In this document: positions 11,401-26,100 of the stretch, piece after piece | How the letters are laid out: the number at the start of each line of letters is the position of its first letter | Numbering within the stretch: position 1 is the first letter of the stretch | Source: Eledone cirrhosa | Lineage: Eukaryota | Length of the DNA: 64,000 nt | Direction of reading: 5' to 3' | Assembly (NCBI GenBank): GCA_964016885.1 | Contig: OZ024752.1 | Coordinates: 33,914,001 to 33,978,000, forward strand | Made by a program: the position numbers and the translations under genes | The notes under the pieces: model-generated | Seen by the model: the letters and a program-made list of their open reading frames with translations, nothing else | Database searches by the model: none | Told to the model about the DNA's origin: nothing

Positions 11401-14400
11401 TGAAAGACACTGTCTATGTCTTCAACCCTTTCATTACTGTATGTCTAATGAAAGACACTGTCTGTGTTTAACCCTTTCATTACTGTATGTCTAATGAAAG
11501 ACACTGTCTATGTGTTTAACCCTTTCATTACTGTATTTCTAATGAAAGACACTGTCTATCTGTTTAATCCTTTCATTACTGTATGTCTAATGAAAGACAC
11601 TGTCTATGTGTTTAACCCTTTCATTACTGTATATCTAATGAAAGACACTGTCTATGTGTTTAACCCTTTCATTATTGTATGTCTAATGAAAGACACTGTC
11701 TATGTGTTTAAGCCTTTCATTACTGTATGTCTAATGAAAGACACTGTCTATGTGTTTTACCATTTCATTACTGTATGTCTAATGAAAGACACTGTCTATG
11801 TGTTTAACCCTTTCATTACTGTATGTCTAATGAAAGAAACTGTCTATGTCTTTAACCCTTTCATTACTGTATGTCTAATGAAAGACACTGTCTATGTCTT
11901 TAACCCTTTCATTACTGTATGTCTAATGAAAGACACTGTCTGTGTTTAACCCTTTCATTACAGTATGTCTAATGAAAGACATTGTCTGTGTGTTTAACCC
12001 TTTCATTACTGTATGTCTAATGAAAGACACTGTCTATGTATTTAATCCTTTCATTACTGTATGTCTAATGAAAGACACTGTCTGTGTTTAACCCTTTCAT
12101 TACTGTATGTCTAATGAAAGACACAGTCTATGTGTTTAATCCTTTCATTACTGTATGTCTAATGAAAGACACTGTCTGTGTGTTTAACCCTTTCATTACT
12201 GTAAGTCTAATGAAAGACACTGTCTGTGTTTAACCCTTTCATTACTGTATGTCTAATGAAAGACACTGTCTATGTGTTTAATCCTTTCATTACTGTATGT
12301 CTAATGAAAGACACAGTCTATGTGTTTAATCCTTTCATTACTGTATGTCTAATGAAAGACACAGTCTGTGTTTAACCCTTTCATTACTGTATGTCTAATG
12401 AAAGACACAGTCTATGTGTTTAATCCTTTCATTACTGTATGTCTAATGAAAGACACAGTCTGTGTTTAACCCTTTCATTACTGTATGTCTAATGAAAGAC
12501 ACTGTCTGTGTGTTTAACCCTTTCATTACTGTATGTCTAATGAAAGACACTGTCTATGTCTTTAATCCTTTCATTACTGTATGTCTAATAAAAGGGACTG
12601 TCTATGTGTTTAACTCTTTCATTACTGTAGGTCTAATGAAAGACACTGTCTATGTGTTTAACCCTTTCATTACTGTATGTCTAATGAAAGACACTGTCTA
12701 TGTATTTAATCCTTTCATTACTGTATGTCTAATGAAAGACACTGTCTGTGTTTAACCCTTTCATTACTGTATGTCTAATGAAAGACACAGTCTATGTGTT
12801 TAATCCTTTCATTACTGTATGTCTAATGAAAGACACAGTCTATGTGTTTAATCCTTTCATTACTGTATGTCTAATGAAAGACACAGTCTGTGTTTAACCC
12901 TTTCATTACTGTATGTCTAATGAAAGACACTGTCTGTGTGTTTAACCCTTTCATTACTGTATGTCGAATGAAAGACACAGTCTATGTGTTTAATCCTTTC
13001 ATTACTGTATGTCTAATAAAAGACACAGTCTATGTGTTTAACCGTTTCATTACTGTATGTCTAATGAAAGACACAGTCTATGTGTTTAACCCTTTCATTA
13101 CTGTATGTCTTATGAAAGACACTGTCTATGTTGAATCCTTTCATTACTGTATGTCTAATGAAAGACACTGTTTATGTGTTTAATCCTTTCATTACTCTAT
13201 GTCTAATGAAAGACACTGTCTATGTCTTTAACCCTTTCATTACTGTATGTCTAATAAAAGGGACTGTCTATGTGTTTAACCCTTTCATTACTGTATGTCT
13301 AATGAAAGACACTGTCTATGTGTTTAACCCTTTCATTACTGTATGTCTAATGAAAGACACTGTCTATGTATTTAATCCTTTCATTACTGTATGTCTAATG
13401 AAAGACACTGTCTATGTGTTTAACCCTTTCATTACTGTATATCTAATGAAAGACACTGTCTATGTCTTTAACCCTTTCATTACTGTATGTCTAATGAAAG
13501 ACACTGTCTGTGTTTAACCCTTTCATTACTGTATGTCTAATGAAAGACACTGTCTATGTATTTAATCCTTTCATTACTGTATGTCTAATGAAAGACACTG
13601 TCTATGTCTTTAACCCTTTCATTACTGTATGTCTAATGAAAGACACTGTCTGTGTTTAACCCTTTAATTACTGTATGTCTAATGAAAGACACAGTCTATG
13701 TGTTTAATCCTTTCATTACTGTATGTCTAATGAAAGACACTGTCTATGTGTTTAACCCTTTCATTACTGTATGTCTATTGAAAGACACTGTCTATGTTGA
13801 ATCCTTTCATTACTGTATGTCTAATGAAAGACACTGTTTATGTGTTTAACCCTTTCATTACTGTATGTCTAATAAAAGGGACTGTCTATGTGTTTAACCC
13901 TTTCATTACTGTATGTCTAATGAAAGACACTGTCTATGTATTTAATCCTTTCATTACTGTATGTCTAATAAAAGGGACTGTCTATGTGTTTAACCCTTTC
14001 ATTACTGTATGTCTAATGAAAGACACTGTCTATGTCTTTAACCCTTTCATTACTGTATGTCTAATGAAAGACACTGTCTGTGTTTAACCCTTTCATTACT
14101 GTATGTCTAATGAAAGACACTGTCTATGTGTTTAATCCTTTCATTACTGTATGTCTAATGAAAGACACTGTCTATGTCTTCAACCCTTTCATTACTGTAT
14201 GTCTAATGAAAGACACTGTCTGTGTTTAACCCTTTCATTACTGTATGTCTAATGAAAGACACTGTCTATGTGTTTAACCCTTTCATTACTGTATTTCTAA
14301 TGAAAGACACTGTCTATGTGTTTAATCCTTTCATTACTGTATGTCTAATGAAAGACACTGTCTGTGTTTAACCCTTTCATTACTGTATGTCTAATGAAAG

Positions 14401-17400
14401 ACACAGTCTATGTGTTTAATCCTTTCATTACTGTATGTCTAATGAAAGACACTGTCTATGTGTTTAACCCTTTCATTACTGTATGTCTATTGAAAGACAC
14501 TGTCTATGTTGAATCCTTTCATTACTGTATGTCTAATGAAAGACACTGTTTATGTGTTTAATCCTTTCATTACTGTATGTCTAATAAAAGGGACTGTCTA
14601 TGTGTTTAACCCTTTCATTACTGTATGTCTAATGAAAGACACTGTCTATGTATTTAATCCTTTCATTACTGTATGTCTAATAAAAGGGACTGTCTATGTG
14701 TTTAACCCTTTCATTACTGTATGTCTAATGAAAGACACTGTCTATGTCTTTAACCCTTTCATTACTGTATGTCTAATGAAAGACACTGTCTGTGTTTAAC
14801 CCTTTCATTACTGTATGTCTAATGAAAGACACTGTCTATGTGTTTAATCCTTTCATTACTGTATGTCTAATGAAAGACACTGTCTATGTCTTCAACCCTT
14901 TCATTACTGTATGTCTAATGAAAGACACTGTCTGTGTTTAACCCTTTCATTACTGTATGTCTAATGAAAGACACTGTCTATGTGTTTAACCCTTTCATTA
15001 CTGTATTTCTAATGAAAGACACTGTCTATCTGTTTAATCCTTTCATTACTGTATGTCTAATGAAAGACACTGTCTATGTGTTTAACCCTTTCATTACTGT
15101 ATATCTAATGAAAGACACTGTCTATGTGTTTAACCCTTTCATTATTGTATGTCTAATGAAAGACACTGTCTATGTGTTTAAGCCTTTCATTACTGTATGT
15201 CTAATGAAAGACACTGTCTATGTGTTTTACCATTTCATTACTGTATGTCTAATGAAAGACACTGTCTATGTGTTTAACCCTTTCATTACTGTATGTCTAA
15301 TGAAAGAAACTGTCTATGTCTTTAACCCTTTCATTACTGTATGTCTAATGAAAGACACTGTCTATGTCTTTAACCCTTTCATTACTGTATGTCTAATGAA
15401 AGACACTGTCTGTGTTTAACCCTTTCATTACAGTATGTCTAATGAAAGACATTGTCTGTGTGTTTAACCCTTTCATTACTGTATGTCTAATGAAAGACAC
15501 TGTCTATGTATTTAATCCTTTCATTACTGTATGTCTAATGAAAGACACTGTCTGTGTTTAACCCTTTCATTACTGTATGTCTAATGAAAGACACAGTCTA
15601 TGTGTTTAACCTTTCATTACTGTATGTCTAATGAAAGACACTGTCTGTGTGTTTAACCCTTTCATTACTGTAAGTCTAATGAAAGACACTGTCTGTGTTT
15701 AACCCTTTCATTACTGTATGTCTAATGAAAGACACTGTCTATGTGTTTAATCCTTTCATTACTGTATGTCTAATGAAAGACACAGTCTATGTGTTTAATC
15801 CTTTCATTACTGTATGTCTAATGAAAGACACAGTCTGTGTTTAACCCTTTCATTACTGTATGTCTAATGAAAGACACAGTCTATGTGTTTAATCCTTTCA
15901 TTACTGTATGTCTAATGAAAGACACAGTCTGTGTTTAACCCTTTCATTACTGTATGTCTAATGAAAGACACTGTCTGTGTGTTTAACCCTTTCATTACTG
16001 TATGTCTAATGAAAGACACAGTCTATGTATTTAATCCTTTCATTACTGTATGTCTAATGAAAGACACTGTCTATGTCTTTAATCCTTTCATTACTGTATG
16101 TCTAATAAAAGGGACTGTCTATGTGTTTAACTCTTTCATTACTGTAGGTCTAATGAAAGACACTGTCTATGTGTTTAACCCTTTCATTACTGTATGTCTA
16201 ATGAAAGACACTGTCTATGTATTTAATCCTTTCATTACTGTATGTCTAATGAAAGACACTGTCTGTGTTTAACCCTTTCATTACTGTATGTCTAATGAAA
16301 GACACAGTCTATGTGTTTAATCCTTTCATTACTGTATGTCTAATGAAAGACACAGTCTATGTGTTTAATCCTTTCATTACTGTATGTCTAATGAAAGACA
16401 CAGTCTGTGTTTAACCCTTTCATTACTGTATGTCTAATGAAAGACACTGTCTGTGTGTTTAACCCTTTCATTACTGTATGTCGAATGAAAGACACAGTCT
16501 ATGTGTTTAATCCTTTCATTCCTGTATGTCTAATAAAAGACACAGTCTATGTGTTTAACCGTTTCATTACTGTATGTCTAATGAAAGACACAGTCTATGT
16601 GTTTAACCCTTTCATTACTGTATGTCTTATGAAAGACACTGTCTATGTTGAATCCTTTCATTACTGTATGTCTAATGAAAGACACTGTTTATGTGTTTAA
16701 TCCTTTCATTACTGTATGTCTAATGAAAGACACTGTCTATGTCTTTAACCCTTTCATTACTGTATGTCTAATAAAAGGGACTGTCTATGTGTTTAACCCT
16801 TTCATTACTGTATGTCTAATGAAAGACACTGTCTATGTGTTTAACCCTTTCATTACTGTATGTCTAATGAAAGACACTGTCTATGTATTTAATCCTTTCA
16901 TTACTGTATGTCTAATGAAAGACACTGTCTATGTGTTTAACCCTTTCATTACTGTATATCTAATGAAAGACACTGTCTATGTCTTTAACCCTTTCATTAC
17001 TGTATGTCTAATGAAAGACACTGTCTGTGTTTAACCCTTTCATTACTGTATGTCTAATGAAAGACACTGTCTATGTATTTAATCCTTTCATTACTGTATG
17101 TCTAATGAAAGACACTGTCTATGTCTTTAACCCTTTCATTACTGTATGTCTAATGAAAGACACTGTCTGTGTTTAACCCTTTAATTACTGTATGTCTAAT
17201 GAAAGACACTGTTTATGTGTTTAATCCTTTCATTACTGTATGTCTAATAAAAGGGACTGTCTATGTGTTTAACCCTTTCATTACTGTATGTCTAATGAAA
17301 GACACTGTCTATGTATTTAATCCTTTCATTACTGTATGTCTAATAAAAGGGACTGTCTATGTGTTTAACCCTTTCATTACTGTATGTCTAATGAAAGACA

Positions 17401-20190
17401 CTGTCTATGTCTTTAACCCTTTCATTACTGTATGTCTAATGAAAGACACTGTCTGTGTTTAACCCTTTCATTACTGTATGTCTAATGAAAGACACTGTCT
17501 ATGTGTTTAATCCTTTCATTACTGTATGTCTAATGAAAGACACTGTCTATGTCTTCAACCCTTTCATTACTGTATGTCTAATGAAAGACACTGTCTGTGT
17601 TTAACCCTTTCATTACTGTATGTCTAATGAAAGACACTGTCTATGTGTTTAACCCTTTCATTACTGTATTTCTAATGAAAGACACTGTCTATGTGTTTAA
17701 TCCTTTCATTACTGTATGTCTAATGAAAGACACTGTCTATGTGTTTAACCCTTTCATTACTGTATATCTAATGAAAGACACTGTCTATGTGTTTAACCCT
17801 TTCATTATTGTATGTCTAATGAAAGACACTGTCTATGTGTTTAAGCCTTTCATTACTGTATGTCTAATGAAAGACACTGTCTATGTGTTTTACCATTTCA
17901 TTACTGTATGTCTAATGAAAGACACTGTCTATGTGTTTAACCCTTTCATTACTGTATGTCTAATGAAAGAAACTGTCTATGTCTTTAACCCTTTCATTAC
18001 TGTATGTCTAATGAAAGACACTGTCTATGTCTTTAACCCTTTCATTACTGTATGTCTAATGAAAGACACTGTCTATGTCTTTAACCCTTTATTTACTGTA
18101 TTTGTAATGAAAGACACTGTCTATGTGTTTAATCCTTTCATTACTGTATGTCTAATGAAAGACACTGTCTATGTGTTTAACCCTTTCATTACTGTATGTC
18201 TAATGAAAGAAACTGTCTATGTCTTTAACCCTTTCATTACTGTATGTCTAATGAAAGACACTGTCTATGTCTTTAACCCTTTCATTACTGTATGTCTACT
18301 GAAAGACACTGTCTATGTCTTTAACCCTTTATTTACTGTATTTGTAATGAAAGACACTGTCTATGTGTTTAACCCTTTCATTACTGTATGTCTAATGAAA
18401 GACACTGTCTATGTATTTAATCCTTTCATTACTGTATGTCTAATGAAAGACACAGTCTATGTGTTTAATCCTTTCATTACTGTATGTCTAATGAAAGACA
18501 CTGTCTATGTGTTTAACCCTTTCATTACTGTATGTCTAATGAAAGACACAGTCTATGTGTTTAATCCTTTCATTACTGTATGTCTAATGAAAGACACAGT
18601 CTATGTGTTTAATCCTTTCATTACTGTATGTCTAATGAAAGACACTGTCTATGTGTTTAACCCTTTCATTACTGTATGTCTAATGAAATACACAGTCTAT
18701 GTGTTTAACCCTTTTATTACTGTATGTCTAATGAAAGACACAGTCTATGTGTTTAATCCTTTCATTACTGTATGTCTAATGAAAGACACTGTCTATGTGT
18801 TTAACCCTTTCATTACTGTATGTCTAATGAAAGCCCTTTCATTACTGTATTTCTAATGAAAGACACTGTCTATGTGTTTAATCCTTTCATTACTGTATGT
18901 CTAATGAAAGACACTGTCTATGTGTTTAACCCTTTCATTACTGTATGTCTAATGAAAGACATTGTCTGTGTGTTTAACCCTTTCATTACTGTATGTCTAA
19001 TGAAAGACACTGTCTATGTATTTAATCCTTTCATTACTGTATGTCTAATGAAAGACACTGTCTGTGTTTAACCCTTTCATTACTGTATGTCTAATGAAAG
19101 ACACAGTCTATGTGTTTAATCCTTTCATTACTGTATGTCTAATGAAAGACACTGTCTATGTATTTAACCCTTTCATTACTGTAAGTCTAATGAAAGACAC
19201 TGTCTGTGTTTAACCCTTTCATTACTGTATGTCTAATGAAAGACACTGTCTATGTGTTTAATCCTTTCATTACTGTATGTCTAATGAAAGACACAGTCTA
19301 TGTGTTTAATCCTTTCATTACTGTATGTCTAATGAAAGACACAGTCTGTGTTTAACCCTTTCATTACTGTATGTCTAATGAAAGACACTGTCTGTGTGTT
19401 TAACCCTTTCATTACTGTATCTCTAATGAAAGACACAGTCTATGTATTTAATCCTTTCATTACTGTATGTCTAATGAAAGACACTGTCTATGTCTTTAAT
19501 CCTTTCATTACTGTATGTCTAATAAAAGGGACTGTCTATGTGTTTAACTCTTTCATTACTGTAGGTCTAATGAAAGACACTGTCTATGTGTTTAACCCTT
19601 TCATTACTGTATGTCTAATGAAAGACACTGTCTATGTATTTAATCCTTTCATTACTGTATGTCTAATGAAAGACACTGTCTGTGTTTAACCCTTTCATTA
19701 CTGTATGTCTAATGAAAGACACAGTCTATGTGTTTAATCCTTTCATTACTGTATGTCTAATGAAAGACACAGTCTATGTGTTTAATCCTTTCATTACTGT
19801 ATGTCTAATGAAAGACACAGTCTGTGTTTAACCCTTTCATTACTGTATGTCTAATGAAAGACACTGTCTGTGTGTTTAACCCTTTCATTACTGTATGTCG
19901 AATGAAAGACACAGTCTATGTGTTTAATCCTTTCATTACTGTATGTCTAATAAAAGACACAGTCTATGTGTTTAACCGTTTCATTACTGTACGTCTAATG
20001 AAAGACACAGTCTATGTGTTTAACCCTTTCATTACTGTATGTCTTATGAAAGACACTGTCTATGTTGAATCCTTTCATTACTGTATGTCTAATGAAAGAC
20101 ACTGTTTATGTGTTTAATCCTTTCATTACTGTATGTCTAATGAAAGACACTGTCTATGTCTTTAACACTTTCATTACTGTATGTCTAATA
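1117..20190. repeat. Large tandem duplication of about 9.3-9.8 kb (copies about 1117-10910 and 10910-20190) with internal whole-monomer indels
   Basis: Offsets 1671->11464 (9793), 3145->12890 and 5189->14934 (9745), 6187->15931 (9744, 1-bp loss near 15610), 9556->18820 and 10560->19824 (9264). Rare variants are shared in order, such as GTACGT near 10726 and 19990. Confidence 0.85.
9561..9580. repeat. 29-bp deletion monomer junction TAATGAAAG-CC-CTTTCATTA (first of 13 copies)
   Basis: Loss of the 19 bp ACACTGTCTATGTGTTTAA. Copies start at 9561, 18825, 24150, 30333, 34701, 34970, 39822, 44094, 44363, 49215, 53487, 53756 and 61118, matching the MSNESP ORFs in the track. Confidence 0.95.
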
Positions 20191-23100
20191 AAAGGGACTG
20201 TCTATGTGTTTAACCCTTTCATTACTGTATGTCTAATGAAAGACACTGTCTATGTGTTTAACCCTTTCATTACTGTATGTCTAATGAAAGACACTGTCTA
20301 TGTATTTAATCCTTTCATTACTGTATGTCTAATGAAAGACACTGTCTATGTGTTTAACCCTTTCATTACTGTATATCTAATGAAAGACACTGTCTATGTC
20401 TTTAACCCTTTCATTACTGTATGTCTAATGAAAGACACTGTCTGTGTTTAACCCTTTCATTACTGTATGTCTAATGAAAGACACTGTCTATGTATTTAAT
20501 CCTTTCATTACTGTATGTCTAATGAAAGACACTGTCTATGTCTTTAACCCTTTCATTACTGTATGTCTAATGAAAGACACTGTCTGTGTTTAACCCTTTC
20601 ATTACTGTATGTCTAATGAAAGACACAGTCTATGTGTTTAATCCTTTCATTACTGTATGTCTAATGAAAGACACTGTCTATGTGTTTAACCCTTTCATTA
20701 CTGTATGTCTAATGAAAGACACTGTCTATGTATTTAATCCTTTCATTACTGTATGTCTAATAAAAGGGACTGTCTATGTGTTTAACCCTTTCATTACTGT
20801 ATGTCTAATGAAAGACACTGTCTATGTCTTTAACCCTTTCATTACTGTATGTCTAATGAAAGACACTGTCTGTGTTTAACCCTTTCATTACTGTATGTCT
20901 AATGAAAGACACTGTCTATGTGTTTAATCCTTTCATTACTGTATGTCTAATGAAAGACACTGTCTATGTCTTCAACCCTTTCATTACTGTATGTCTAATG
21001 AAAGACACTGTCTGTGTTTAACCCTTTCATTACTGTATGTCTAATGAAAGACACTGTCTATGTGTTTAACCCTTTCATTACTGTATTTCTAATGAAAGAC
21101 ACTGTCTATGTGTTTAATCCTTTCATTACTGTATGTCTAATGAAAGACACTGTCTATGTGTTTAACCCTTTCATTACTGTATATCTAATGAAAGACACTG
21201 TCTATGTGTTTAACCCTTTCATTATTGTATGTCTAATGAAAGACACTGTCTATGTGTTTAAGCCTTTCATTACTGTATGTCTAATGAAAGACACTGTCTA
21301 TGTGTTTTACCATTTCATTACTGTATGTCTAATGAAAGACACTGTCTATGTGTTTAACCCTTTCATTACTGTATGTCTAATGAAAGACACTGTCTGTGTT
21401 TAACCCTTTCATTACTGTATGTCTAATGAAAGACACAGTCTATGTGTTTAATCCTTTCATTACTGTATGTCTAATGAAAGACACTGTCTATGTGTTTAAC
21501 CCTTTCATTACTGTATGTCTATTGAAAGACACTGTCTATGTTGAATCCTTTCATTACTGTATGTCTAATGAAAGACACTGTTTATGTGTTTAATCCTTTC
21601 ATTACTGTATGTCTAATAAAAGGGACTGTCTATGTGTTTAACCCTTTCATTACTGTATGTCTAATGAAAGACACTGTCTATGTATTTAATCCTTTCATTA
21701 CTGTATGTCTAATAAAAGGGACTGTCTATGTGTTTAACCCTTTCATTACTGTATGTCTAATGAAAGACACTGTCTATGTCTTTAACCCTTTCATTACTGT
21801 ATGTCTAATGAAAGACACTGTCTGTGTTTAACCCTTTCATTACTGTATGTCTAATGAAAGACACTGTCTATGTGTTTAATCCTTTCATTACTGTATGTCT
21901 AATGAAAGACACTGTCTATGTCTTCAACCCTTTCATTACTGTATGTCTAATGAAAGACACTGTCTGTGTTTAACCCTTTCATTACTGTATGTCTAATGAA
22001 AGACACTGTCTATGTGTTTAACCCTTTCATTACTGTATTTCTAATGAAAGACACTGTCTATGTGTTTAATCCTTTCATTACTGTATGTCTAATGAAAGAC
22101 ACTGTCTATGTGTTTAACCCTTTCATTACTGTATATCTAATGAAAGACACTGTCTATGTGTTTAACCCTTTCATTATTGTATGTCTAATGAAAGACACTG
22201 TCTATGTGTTTAAGCCTTTCATTACTGTATGTCTAATGAAAGACACTGTCTATGTGTTTTACCATTTCATTACTGTATGTCTAATGAAAGACACTGTCTA
22301 TGTGTTTAACCCTTTCATTACTGTATGTCTAATGAAAGAAACTGTCTATGTCTTTAACCCTTTCATTACTGTATGTCTAATGAAAGACACTGTCTATGTC
22401 TTTAACCCTTTCATTACTGTATGTCTAATGAAAGACACTGTCTATGTCTTTAACCCTTTATTTACTGTATTTGTAATGAAAGACACTGTCTATGTGTTTA
22501 ATCCTTTCATTACTGTATGTCTAATGAAAGACACTGTTTATGTGTTTAATCCTTTCATTACTGTATGTCTAATAAAAGGGACTGTCTATGTGTTTAACCC
22601 TTTCATTACTGTATGTCTAATGAAAGACACTGTCTATGTATTTAATCCTTTCATTACTGTATGTCTAATAAAAGGGACTGTCTATGTGTTTAACCCTTTC
22701 ATTACTGTATGTCTAATGAAAGACACTGTCTATGTCTTTAACCCTTTCATTACTGTATGTCTAATGAAAGACACTGTCTGTGTTTAACCCTTTCATTACT
22801 GTATGTCTAATGAAAGACACTGTCTATGTGTTTAATCCTTTCATTACTGTATGTCTAATGAAAGACACTGTCTATGTCTTCAACCCTTTCATTACTGTAT
22901 GTCTAATGAAAGACACTGTCTGTGTTTAACCCTTTCATTACTGTATGTCTAATGAAAGACACTGTCTATGTGTTTAACCCTTTCATTACTGTATTTCTAA
23001 TGAAAGACACTGTCTATGTGTTTAATCCTTTCATTACTGTATGTCTAATGAAAGACACTGTCTATGTGTTTAACCCTTTCATTACTGTATATCTAATGAA

Positions 23101-26100
23101 AGACACTGTCTATGTGTTTAACCCTTTCATTATTGTATGTCTAATGAAAGACACTGTCTATGTGTTTAAGCCTTTCATTACTCTATGTCTAATGAAAGAC
23201 ACTGTCTATGTGTTTTACCATTTCATTACTGTATGTCTAATGAAAGACACTGTCTATGTGTTTAACCCTTTCATTACTGTATGTCTAATGAAAGAAACTG
23301 TCTATGTCTTTAACCCTTTCATTACTGTATGTCTAATGAAAGACACTGTCTATGTCTTTAACCCTTTCATTACTGTATGTCTAATGAAAGACACTGTCTA
23401 TGTCTTTAACCCTTTATTTACTGTATTTGTAATGAAAGACACTGTCTATGTGTTTAATCCTTTCATTACTGTATGTCTAATGAAAGACACTGTCTATGTG
23501 TTTAACCCTTTCATTACTGTATGTCTAATGAAAGAAACTGTCTATGTCTTTAACCCTTTCATTACTGTATGTCTAATGAAAGACACTGTCTATGTCTTTA
23601 ACCCTTTCATTACTGTATGTCTACTGAAAGACACTGTCTATGTCTTTAACCCTTTATTTACTGTATTTGTAATGAAAGACACTGTCTATGTGTTTAACCC
23701 TTTCATTACTGTATGTCTAATGAAAGACACTGTCTATGTATTTAATCCTTTCATTACTGTATGTCTAATGAAAGACACAGTCTATGTGTTTAATCCTTTC
23801 ATTACTGTATGTCTAATGAAAGACACTGTCTATGTGTTTAACCCTTTCATTACTGTATGTCTAATGAAAGACACAGTCTATGTGTTTAATCCTTTCATTA
23901 CTGTATGTCTAATGAAAGACACAGTCTATGTGTTTAATCCTTTCATTACTGTATGTCTAATAAAAGACACTGTCTATGTGTTTAACCCTTTCATTACTGT
24001 ATGTCTAATGAAATACACAGTCTATGTGTTTAACCCTTTTATTACTGTATGTCTAATGAAAGACACAGTCTATGTGTTTAATCCTTTCATTACTGTATGT
24101 CTAATGAAAGACACTGTCTATGTGTTTAACCCTTTCATTACTGTATGTCTAATGAAAGCCCTTTCATTACTGTATTTCTAATGAAAGACACTGTCTATGT
24201 GTTTAATCCTTTCATTACTGTATGTCTAATGAAAGACACTGTCTATGTGTTTAATCCTTTCATTGCTGTATGTCTAATGAAAGACACTGTCTATGTGTTT
24301 AACCCTTTCATTACTGTATGTCTATTGAAAGACACTGTCTATGTGTTTAATCCTTTCATTACTGTATGTCTAATGAAAGACACAGTCTATGTGTTTAATC
24401 CATTCATTACTGTATGTCTAATGAAAGACACAGTCTGTCTTTAACCCTTTCATTACTGTATGTCTAATGAAAGACACTGTCTGTGTGTTTAACCCTTTCA
24501 TTACTGTATGTCTAATGAAAGACACAGTCTATGTATTTAATCCTTTCATTACTGTATGTCTAATGAAAGACACTGTCTATGTCTTTAATCCTTTCATTAC
24601 TGTATGTCTAATAAAAGGGACTGTCTATGTGTTTAACTCTTTCATGACTGTAGGTCTAATGAAAGACACTGTCTATGTGTTTAACCCTTTCATTACTGTA
24701 TGTCTAATGAAAGACACTGTCTATGTATTTAATCCTTTCATTACTGTATGTCTAATGAAAGACACTGTCTGTGTTTAACCCTTTCATTACTGTATGTCTA
24801 ATGAAAGACACAGTCTATGTGTTTAATCCTTTCATTACTGTATGTCTAATGAAAGACACAGTCTATGTGTTTAATCCTTTCATTACTGTATGTCTAATGA
24901 AAGACACAGTCTGTGTTTAACCCTTTCATTACTGTATGTCTAATGAAAGACACTGTCTGTGTGTTTAACCCTTTCATTACTGTATGTCGAATGAAAGACA
25001 CAGTCTATGTGTTTAATCCTTTCATTACTGTATGTCTAATAAAAGACACAGTCTATGTGTTTAACCGTTTCATTACTGTATGTCTAATGAAAGACACAGT
25101 CTATGTGTTTAACCCTTTCATTACTGTATGTCTTATGAAAGACACTGTCTATGTTGAATCCTTTCATTACTGTATGTCTAATGAAAGACACTGTTTATGT
25201 GTTTAATCCTTTCATTACTGTATGTCTAATGAAAGACACTGTCTATGTCTTTAACACTTTCATTACTGTATGTCTAATAAAAGGGACTGTCTATGTGTTT
25301 AACCCTTTCATTACTGTATGTCTAATGAAAGACACTGTCTATGTGTTTAACCCTTTCATTACTGTATGTCTAATGAAAGACACTGTCTATGTATTTAATC
25401 CTTTCATTACTGTATGTCTAATGAAAGACACTGTCTATGTGTTTAACCCTTTCATTACTGTATATCTAATGAAAGACACTGTCTATGTGTTTAACCCTTT
25501 CATTACTGTATGTCTAATGAAAGACACTGTCTGTGTTTAACCCTTTCATTACTGTATGTCTAATGAAAGACACTGTCTATGTATTTAATCCTTTCATTAC
25601 TGTATGTCTAATGAAAGACACTGTCTATGTCTTTAACCCTTTCATTACTGTATGTCTAATGAAAGACACTGTCTGTGTTTAACCCTTTCATTACTGTATG
25701 TCTAATGAAAGACACAGTCTATGTGTTTAATCCTTTCATTACTGTATGTCTAATGAAAGACACTGTCTATGTGTTTAACCCTTTCATTACTGTATGTCTA
25801 TTGAAAGACACTGTCTATGTTGAATCCTTTCATTACTGTATGTCTAATGAAAGACACTGTTTATGTGTTTAATCCTTTCATTACTGTATGTCTAATAAAA
25901 GGGACTGTCTATGTGTTTAACCCTTTCATTACTGTATGTCTAATGAAAGACACTGTCTATGTATTTAATCCTTTCATTACTGTATGTCTAATGAAAGACA
26001 CAGTCTGTGTTTAACCCTTTCATTACTGTATGTCTAATGAAAGACACTGTCTGTGTGTTTAACCCTTTCATTACTGTATGTCGAATGAAAGACACAGTCT

